Source: Cyanophora paradoxa CCMP329
Taxonomy: Eukaryota; Plantae; Glaucophyta
Direction: 5' to 3'
Length of the DNA: 47,937 nt
Assembly: GCA_004431415.1 (NCBI GenBank)
Contig: QPMI01000016.1
Span: 1 to 47,937 of the forward strand
Part shown: piece by piece, positions 22,504 to 30,629 of the stretch
Numbering within the stretch: the stretch's first letter is position 1
How the letters are laid out: each line of letters opens with the position of its first letter
Program-made: the position numbers and the translations under genes
Notes under the pieces: generated by a model
What the model was told of the DNA's origin: nothing
What the model saw: only the letters and a program-made list of their open reading frames with translations
Databases searched by the model: none

Positions 22504-23258
22504 GTGTCGCGGGCCTGATTCGTAAATACAGGCTAGCCTGCCTCTATTCTGTGATATTGTGTGCTTTCTTCATGTATTCGCACGAGCTAGAGGTCAAGTT
22601 CTCTCTGCGCGCCTAAGTCTGGGACCAGGTACCCCCCCCTTAGGCCGGCTCGAGCCGGGCTCGAGCTGGCTCGAGGCTGGAGCGGGCCGGCTCGAGCTGG
22701 CTCGAGCCGAGGGTTTTTAGCTCGAGCCGCAGCTCTAGTTCACGGGCGGAAAAACGCTGGGGATGGAGCATCAATGGGAAAATAGGCGGGTTAGAGCCAG
22801 TTCTCGGAACTCATGATGCATAATGCATCATGATGATCATCATCATTTTTTCGCGAACAAGTTCGCGAACACGTCCAGTTGGCAACGTCCGTCGTCGGGT
22901 CAGACTGTCAGACTGTACCCCCCAGCTTTGCTGGAGAAGGGAAGTCTTATCAGACGTACCCCCCCAGCTTTGCTGGTGAGGGAAGTCTTATGGACTCGGG
23001 GGTCGGGGGCGTTTGACAAGTCTTGGGATCTCGCCTCTTAAGGCCTTTAAGGAGCCCGTTTCAACTCAATCGGATTCAGTAGCGTCCACTGGCATTCAAT
23101 GATTGTAGAACGCGCTAGCCCGCGCGCGCCGCGGTTGGCCTGACGCGCGCCGATGCTCACAACGGTCACTTCAACCGATTTGCCGAAAATTTGCTGGGTA
23201 CACGAAGTGTCTTAATCCTGCACTCAATCTGAAGTGCGTGTGTACGTACTACTACGGT

Positions 23259-23350
23259 ACGCGTGCACGTGTGTATACGTACGCGTGTAATATAAGGTAA
23301 CGTCGACGCGTTAACGTAACGTGGTCGGCGCACCGTGTATTCGTACGCGT
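23259..23350. promoter_or_regulatory. Cluster of four ACGCGT (MCB-like) boxes with a TATA-like element
   Basis: ACGCGT at 23259, 23281, 23306 and 23345, with TAATATAAG at ~23288, 140-230 bp upstream of the ATG at 23488. Confidence 0.45.
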
Positions 23351-23487
23351 GGCACGTACCCCCAAGCGAACGGAACCGGGACCGCGCTAGAGGCTAGAGC
23401 TAGCGCTAGCGCTAGCGCGGCGAAGCGCGCTCGGCTCGGCGAGCTCGAGCTCCGAGTCTCCGTCGACTAGTACTCTCCGACGTGCAT

Positions 23488-24542
23488 ATGGCGCCGACGA
23501 AACACCGTCGGAAGCACGTATTCGTACCGGTACCGTTGTCGGGCTCCATCCTCTTACAGTTAAGCGATTCGCACCGGGTCTCTGGCCACTACATCGCTGA
23601 AGCTGGCGGCCGTGACACCAAGACACCGAAGCTCAGCGAGCTAGAGCAGCGTGACGGGCTTGTCAAATTGCAAAGTAGGCCGGGTGCACGACATATGGAT
23701 CGGGCAGTGGTTAGAGCCCGACATCGCACGTCTTCTGCTCGAACGGCTCGATGAACGGCACCAGCAGCTGCGCATGCAGTGCGGAAGCATCAGGTTGACC
23801 GAGTGCAACGGGCGCTATCATGTCGGCACGGTGCACAACAGATGGATCGGGCAGTAGATGGATCTCGACAGCGCACGTAGCTTAGTCGCGCGCCTGGACA
23901 AGTGGCATGAGGAGCGCCAGCGTTGCAGCGAGCTGCTCGAGCAGTACCGGCACCAGCTCAGCAAGCTTAAGCTCGGCGCCGGCGCCCATGCCAGATCTAG
24001 ACAGCGATATCGATATCGTGATGTACAATGCGTCCCAGCCGCCGCCGCCACCGCCACGTGCACCGCCACCGCCGCCCGGCCAGCTCACTACAGCTGCAGC
24101 TGCTAGCGCTGTCCATGTAGCCGGCGCAAAGCCTAAGCGGCGCCGCGGGCTCCCGTCGCCTGTCAAGGGCGTCACGGACACGGCGCTAGCTCTAGTCCCG
24201 ATCCACGAGCATGCGCAGCCTGCGGATGGTGCTGGCGCTGGGCACGGCGACGGCAAGCGCCCACGGAACGCCCAGAAGCCGCATCGATTCCTGGATCCGA
24301 ACTTCACTGAGCAGGAATCCGCTTCCGCGCAGTCAAGCACGAGCCTCGCAAGCACCGTCGGTGCGGCCCGCGCGCGGCCGGCCCGCGCCGCTCGGGGCCG
24401 CGCGCATGATACTTACGCACGCGTACGCGTGTGCGCATGTACAGGATCCGGACGGCCTTCAGACCCGGACTTCGAATTGGCGGCCGTCGAGAGGTATCAA
24501 ACGAACAACCGCGCCAACATGCGTGCGCGGCGGGAGGTTTAG
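23488..24542 (+). pseudogene. Disrupted gene with a tandem KilA-N/APSES-like domain and a Pro-rich/basic tail
   Basis: VFVPVPLSGSILLQLSDSHRVSGHYIAEAGG...[frameshift ~23672]KVGRVHDIWIGQWLEPDIARLLLERL, then a second partial copy VGTVHNRWIGQ*MDLDSARSLVARL in which TAG (23855-23857) replaces the aligned Trp. Resembles the APSES pattern GSI..x..V....I..A...KV......GTW.P..IA..L. Confidence 0.5.
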
Positions 24543-24813
24543 GGTCCACATTGGATGCTACTGTACTTGGACCTGGGGCAAAGACGAATCTCGTGATGTA
24601 CTCTGCCATGCCTAGCGGCCGTGGCACAGCCTGGAGATCGCTGTCGCCCATCCACCGACTGTATAAGCTCATATTGTACACGGTGCTGTAGGCCTCCTGC
24701 ATCGCCGCACCACAACGAGTGAGCCGTCGTCCGTGCTGCCCTCCGTGGCGCTGGTCGTCATAAACTCTCCTGCAGTCCGGGGCCGTCGGAGCGCGCGTTC
24801 CGAGGCAGTCACG

Positions 24814-25804
24814 ATGGCAGCCACCGATATGCTCTCAAAAGCAGCCGCCGCGGAGCTTTGGAACAGCGTTCCGGTGCGTATGACGCCGAGAGTCGGGGTT
24901 GCTTTGTCGCTCAACACCGAATTCTCGGCGCAGGAAGGGCAGAGGCCAGTTCTCCTGCAACTCATCGACGTGCGTAGTTTCTGCCCGAGCGCTCGTTCCT
25001 TGAATCGTGCGCTCACGCGCGCCCGGCTCCGCGTTCATTCGATAGCGTTTGGAGCGGCGGGCGCACGACGCCGAGGTGCGCAGTCTTCCCTTCCTGCGCT
25101 TCCTCGAATGACGCGTCCGTGCATGGACAGGCGGAGAAGGCGGAGGAAAAGAAGCGCCTGGAGGTGCGCTTCTTCCATCTTAAGCTTCGCTTCCTCGAAT
25201 GACGCGTCCATGCATGGACAGGCGGAGAAGGCGGAGGAAAAGAAGCGCGCGGACGCAGCTGAGGTGCGCTTCTTCCATCTTAAGCTTCGCTTCCTCGAAT
25301 GACGCGTCCGTGCATGGACAGGCGGAGAAGGCGGAGGAAAAGAAGCGCGCGGACGCAGCTGAGGTGCGCTTCTTCCATCTTAAGCTTCGCTTCCTCGAAT
25401 GACGCGTCCGTGCATGGACAGGCGGAGAAGGCGGAGGAAAAGAAGCGCGCGGACGCAGCTGAGGTGCGCGCTTGAATCCGGCTGCATCTCTTGCGCTTGT
25501 CATAACGTTCACGCAGGCTAGCTTGCTCTACAAGCTTGCAAAGCGATTTTTCGCGTATAACCCGCTCATGTAGGCACACCCCGTGTCTTTTGCTGCTGCA
25601 GTCAGCGCTGGCACTGCCGCCTCCTTGTTCTTCTTCTCGTATTTGGGCCGAGCCTTCAACCACAGCCGTCAGGACTATCACGATTCGCAGTCCTACCGCT
25701 CGGCAATAGCCAATGATGGTCTCTCCGCCTGCGGCTATTTCGTTGCGGTTCTCTCCTCCATCATCACCCTGCCAGCAGCCCTGCAGAAGCTGCGAGTAGG
25801 TTAG
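24814..25804 (+). CDS. Small multi-exon coiled-coil protein with a probable C-terminal two-TM hairpin
   Basis: MAATDMLSKAAAAELWNSVP|EGQRPVLLQLID|RLERRAHDAE|AEKAEEKKRLE|(AEKAEEKKRADAAE)x3 with phase-0 GT-AG introns. The final exon is either ASLLYKLAKRFFAYNPLM* (to 25573) or the hydrophobic AHPVSFAAAVSAGTAASLFFFSYLG...GYFVAVLSSIITLPAAL..* (25574-25804). Confidence 0.65.
25098..25469 (+). repeat. 100-bp tandem repeat = 42-nt exon + 58-nt intron, ~3.7 copies
   Basis: Period of 100 (GACGCGTCC at 25201, 25301, 25401). Each unit is CAG|GCGGAGAAG...GCTGAG|GTGCGC...TGAC...CAG. Confidence 0.9.
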
Positions 25805-26229
25805 ATCTCCACGGCGATTTTCTTCTTCTCTCTTTCCCATTCTCTTTCTCTTCTTCTTGTACAGTGTTTCGCATATTATCCAACTGACGAGGAAGGGATC
25901 GACCAGCACGGGGCCACGTGTACGGGAAGGTCTCAGACTCCACCAGTAAATTGGGGGAGCAACGTGGGGATCCCCCACATCTAATTCTAGATCCGCTGGG
26001 CACCAACATACGTTTTGAAGACTAGGTCTCTTCTTTCCCTTAGACACATGTATGAGTGCGGATCGAAGGGCCGCCCCCCTCCCCGCAGACCGATATTCAA
26101 AAGGAGTGGAAACGCTCGCGGTGCGAGCCTTCAAAAGCTACCTGAGGTACGGGGAGATGGGGCGACTACCTAAGGTGTCGTAAATAAAGCGCCTATGGTC
26201 CGGCCGAGCCGCCGGAAACAGCAGCCCGT

Positions 26230-26263
<34 letters not shown>
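26230..26263. repeat. Poly-G run (34 nt)
   Basis: Read directly; a second run lies at ~19071-19088. Confidence 0.9.
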
Positions 26264-26265
<2 letters not shown>

Positions 26266-26827
26266 GACCCCTCCCTCCCTGCCTGGCCGGATCCGGACCT
26301 ATCCGAGCAAAGTTTTTTTCTTATACATACTCTTCTACTTCTTCTACGAGGGGGAACTTGGGTTCGAGATACAACAAACCCAGGTCTGCCAGAACTAACT
26401 AGTCTTTCAATACCCCCGCTCAGAGAGTTTGTTCAAACCTGGGTGCGTGTTCTTTAGTGCATCCCACAGCGAATGGGCGGGGCCACCAGTGCACTAACTG
26501 CAACAGAGAACAATGCAAGGTGCAAGGCAACACAGGATTATAGTGCACGAAGAGAAGCAACTTGACCCAGCAGATTGAAGCAGAGTGAACCAGCAGGATG
26601 AACTTGATGCAATCTTTATTCACCTGTGCCATTCAGAAAGCCGGTATCGGGGTGGGATTCGTGTGTTTGATTATTTTTTATAGTTCGCAGTATTTCAACA
26701 CCGCCCAGACTCAGGTTCAAATCCTGGGACTGACACATTATGAGTCTCTACTAGCCCACAAGCCCCCCTTCCCCCTTAGCAGTATGTATGGGTATTGAGT
26801 GGTAGCAAATTCAGGCCTTTCTGCAAA

Positions 26828-27659
26828 TTACATGTATACTTGCGGGGGTGGGTGCTCACGTCGACGCAACTCCCCAGTTTGATGCGGTGTCCCCTGCTGC
26901 AGCTGCAGCTGGGAGTCCCCCTGCCGCTGTGATCTCTGTGACGTCGACTGCGAACTCCTGATAGACAGGCTGCGGCGGTACGATGTCCAAAACTGGATGC
27001 TTAACGCCGCTAGAGCTGGCATCACGCCAAAGACAGAGTTGAAGAATGAACTTATGGAAGCTTCCCCAGCTCGGATGGCGAAGAGGAAGCTACAGATTGC
27101 GGCAACTACAGTCAAACCTACAAAGATCCAGAAAGGGAATCTCGCCATTGCCTGCTCAGTTGCGTTTAAGTTTGTAGAACCAATGTGAAAAAAGAACGAA
27201 GGGCCATCCCTATGTTATTATGAGCAAACTCTTGCAAAAGAGAGGGGCGGCGGGAGGGCGGGGCACACCGCGTCCTCCTCAACTGCCTCCTTTACATTCT
27301 CCATCTTGGACCATGGTCAGCAAAAAGCAGAGCGAAGCGAAAGCCCGGTTACCTTGGTTTCAAGCTGCTCCATCTTGGACCATGGTCAGCAAAAAGCAGA
27401 GCGAAGCGAAAGCCCGGTTACCTTGGTTTCAAGCTGCTCCATCTTGGACCATGGTCAGCAAAAGCAGAGCGAAGCGAAAGCCCGGTTACCTTGGTTTCAA
27501 GCTGCTCCATCTTGGACTGCATCGTCTGCAGCTGGTCGCCGATACCACCTTTTGAGGGAGAGGACGCGGTGAGCGCAGCGAAGTGACAAGTGACAGAAGA
27601 CAATGCGAACCTAACTTTTCCAGGATCGCTACGTCAGACAAACTTGTTGGCGCTGCCAT
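26828..27659 (-). CDS. Small multi-exon coiled-coil protein with a C-terminal two-TM hairpin
   Basis: MAAPTSLSDVAILEKLG|GIGDQLQTMQSKMEQLETK|MEQLETK|MEQLETK|MENVKEAVEEDA|(GWPF)|AMARFPFWIFVGLTVVAAICSFLFAI...FNSVFGVMPALAALSIQFW...*, with canonical GT-AG introns (CTGAC branch points in the repeated ones). Confidence 0.68.
27299..27516 (-). repeat. 69-bp tandem repeat = 21-nt exon + 48-nt intron, 3 copies
   Basis: Minus-strand unit: ATGGAGCAGCTTGAAACCAAG|GTAACC...GCTGACCATGGTCCAAG. Confidence 0.9.
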
Positions 27660-27905
27660 TGCAAAGGGGCTTGGCCCCCGCGAACTGCGCTTTATAGGAC
27701 CTAAGCTGGTTGCTGGTGATAACTGCAGTACCTTCACGGCAGCAAGCAGGCGGCGCAAGCAGGCGGCTGCGCCGGCGCGGACGTGCTCGAACGTGTGTGC
27801 TGCAGTACCCCGCAGTTCACAGGCCGGGTACACACATAGCAGGCTGGTGCGGTTGTACCCCCCTTTTGTTTGAGTCATATTGCAACGTCAACGTTAACTG
27901 ATATG

Positions 27906-27990
27906 GGCCTTGGGGAAAGGAGAGGCCCTTAGGTCTGTTGGTTTGATGTGACGGATCGGCCTTGGGGAAAGGAGAGGCCCTTAGGTCTGT
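27906..27990. repeat. 33-bp direct repeat, period 52
   Basis: GGCCTTGGGGAAAGGAGAGGCCCTTAGGTCTGT at 27906 and 27958. Confidence 0.85.
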
Positions 27991-28210
27991 GCCTGTCCTA
28001 TCCGGGATTTCAAACTGCGATTCAGGGCAAAATTTCTGGACCTAAGTACCCGTTTTCGACCCTGGGGAGCACGATGGCCGAGGCGGTTTTCCTATGAGAG
28101 GTCTCTAATCGGCAGTAACAGCACCTCGAAAAGCACAGAAAAGCATTTTCCCGGAAAAAAATAGAAAGCGCAAATCACATTGGTCGTCCGAGTCGAATTT
28201 TGAAAATTAT

Positions 28211-29174
28211 TCTGTTCGGTGCGGCCCGATTAAACTAGGGGGAGCGATTGGCGAGAGACCGAAGCGCTTAGCACGAGCTAGTACGCATCTAAATGCATAT
28301 CTGGTGCTCAGTCTCTCGCGGACGCGGTACAAAATTTTCCTAGATGTATGGTCATAGAAAGGCGACGAGGAAATGGCCAGTTTCGCGGCGAGCTAGCCGA
28401 GCTAGCAGTGCGCCCGGCCGGCGACTTATTGCCCCAGCGTTCGAGTCCCGGGAAGGGCAGTTGGGGGGAGCGGGGGGGCCTGGGCGGGCCTTGAGCTGCC
28501 TTGCGCTGTCGAGGGCGGAAGAGGGGCCGGGGCGCAGCGACCGCCGAGGCCAACTTTCGCGCGGCGAGGTTCTGGCGGGAGACCAAAAATGTTTTTCATC
28601 TCGGCTGATCTAAAATGCACTTCCTACCTGCCCGGTCTCGCGCCAGTCACTCGCTGTGCTCCGCTTTAATTTCGGCTGGACTTGTATGGCATCTGTTCGG
28701 TGCGGCCCGATTAAACTAGGGGAGCGATTGGCGAGAGACCGAAGCGCTTAGCACGAGCTAGTACGCATCTAAATGCATATCTGGTGCTCAGTCTCTCGCG
28801 GACGCGGTACAAATTTCCTAGATGTATGGTCATAGAAAGGCGACGAGGAAATGGCCAGTTTCGCGGCGAGCTAGCCGAGCTAGCAGTGCGCCCGGCCGGC
28901 GACTTATTGCCCCAGCGTTCGAGTCCCGGGAAGGGCAGTTGGGGGGAGCGGGGGGGCCTGGGCGGGCCTTGAGCTGCCTTGCGCTGTCGAGGGCGGAAGA
29001 GGGGGCCGGGGCGCAGCGACCGCCGAGGCCAACTTTCGCGCGGCGAGGTTCTGGCGGGAGACCAAAAATGTTTTTCATCTCGGCTGATCTAAAATGCACT
29101 TCCTACCTGCCCGGTCTCGCGCCAGTCACTCGCTGTGCTCCGCTTTAATTTCGGCTGGACTTGTATGGCATCTG
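28211..29174. repeat. Block 1 of the ~481-bp tandem array: exactly two units bounded by TCTG
   Basis: Units start TCTGTTCGGTGCGG at 28211 and 28692. The block ends ...GTATGGCA TCTG at 29174. Confidence 0.97.
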
Positions 29175-30629
29175 AGCGGTACCCCCCCTGCCGACGGGCG
29201 CCCTTCTAGCGAGGATTCTCTGCCTTCGACGCACCTATACGCACCTGGTTCGTGTTCTATGCATCCTCCTCTACTACTGCCCTGCTTTGCGGCCACCACA
29301 TTCGAATCTCCACCACCTATCGGTTGTTCTCTGCCTGCGGGCGCTTCCTTGTTGTCAATCTGCCTTCGGGCACAATACGCTTGTTGTCCATCTGCCTTCG
29401 GGCACAATCTCTGATAGCGGCGACCGTGCCCATTGGTTTCCCGCCACTTCCGTCGACCGTCCCTTAGCGTCTCGCCCATGCCATGTTATTGCTTTTGTCC
29501 TTCAGCTGCTCTTGTAGCTCATCCATCTCCTGCGCAGTGCGTACAATCCTCATGCCTCCCAGGCGTGCTCCCGCGCCCCAGGCATCTGATGGCGCACCTT
29601 CTGCGGACGTCGGCACACCTTTATGCACCTGCTTCGTGCCATATGCATCCGCCTGCTTCTTCGTTATGCCCGGCGGGCGCCTTGTCACTTTCCTTGTCGC
29701 CGTTTGGTTGTCGTCTGCCTTCGGACGCTTCTCTCTGACGAATCTGTCTTCGGGCACAAGACTCTTCACGCTTGCTGAATTTCCGATCCCGGCAGCCGCA
29801 CCCGCTGGTCTCCCGCCACTGGCGTTGGCCGTATTCTGCTCCTGCCTCGTACACGCAGCGCCAGCTATGCTCCGTTCATGTGCAGTGCTTATCATGACAT
29901 GTGCAGGGCGTCCGCTTCTGCTTGGTCTGCTCTTGTGGCTTTCTCGCCTTTGCACCCTGCCTTCGCATCTGCAGCTTTGCTACTCTTTGTCCGACCCATC
30001 CTCTCTTCCTCTTTGCTTCACTTGTCCGACCCATCCTCTCTTCCTATTTGCCTTTCTTTTTGGATCTTGATTCGTCTCTAAATCTCAATTCATTTTTCTC
30101 AATTCCTTTCGTGTCTGCTGCCATGCTTTTGTTTTAGCTTGCACTGAACACGCCCGTTCACCCCATTTCCTTCAATTGCCTGGCCCATCAGTCTGTTGCT
30201 GGTTCTTCCTCTCGTGGCCATCACTCTGCTTCTCCACTGTGTAAGCTAGGCCGTTTTCGATGAGAGCTATACCATGATTGCATGGATGATGATGGTGCTG
30301 TCTTGTGATTCAATTGCGCTTGAACCTGCCTCTGTTTCAATTTTGTGGGTAGCCACCCTCAATACCCCGGGCGGCTCGATAGGGAGCGGGTCGTTCCGGG
30401 ATTCGGGGTTTTCCATGGCGGGGACCCTGTGGGTCTCTGCATGGTTGCTCTCCCTTTGCTCTTTTGGCGCAGGAGCTTTGGCCCCTGCCCCTAGCGGTGC
30501 GTACGCACAACACTACCTGTGCCAGGAAGGTCCCTGGCGTGCCTTGCACGTCCCTTTCGGGGCCTCTGCGGCGCTGCTATACCTTGTCACCCTGGTCCAC
30601 GGGCGTGTCTTTTGCTTCATCTCTCTCTC
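29175..30629. other. 1.46-kb non-coding, pyrimidine-rich spacer interrupting the array (insertion, or internal region of the element)
   Basis: Flanked by TCTG on both sides and ending in (CT)n. It has an internal degenerate duplication (~29190-29460 vs ~29585-29830) and carries the reverse complement of an array motif. Confidence 0.8.

Larger units (their letters stand above)
18961..22737. mobile_element. Non-autonomous hAT-superfamily DNA transposon (~450-bp MITE without the nested LTR element)
   Basis: TIR TAGAGCT(T/G)CGGCTCGAGC at both ends. 8-bp TSD CTTCACGG (18953-18960) / GTTCACGG (22738-22745), one mismatch. Many subterminal GGCTCGAGCC palindromes at both ends. Confidence 0.9.

Noticed and set aside
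18021-23050. TTAA-flanked (piggyBac/Kolobok-like) outer transposon
   Set aside because: The CCTTAAGA matches at both sides do not extend into a convincing TIR.
28387-28460. tRNA gene or Pol III A/B boxes in the unit (TAGCCGAGCTAG, GTTCGAGTCC)
   Set aside because: No cloverleaf: the T-stem and acceptor stem do not pair and the D-loop GG is absent. A degenerate Pol III promoter cannot be excluded but has no further support.
28211-28691. Hammerhead or HDV ribozyme (retrozyme-like repeat)
   Set aside because: No CUGANGA core on either strand (closest CUGAUCU), and no complete HDV nested pseudoknot found by eye. A covariance-model search would be needed to exclude other classes.
29166-29179. TGGCATCTGAGC as an initiator-Met PBS of a canonical LTR element
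   Set aside because: It has two mismatches to TGGTATCAGAGC, most of it lies within every unit, and the other end of the spacer is polypyrimidine rather than a PPT.
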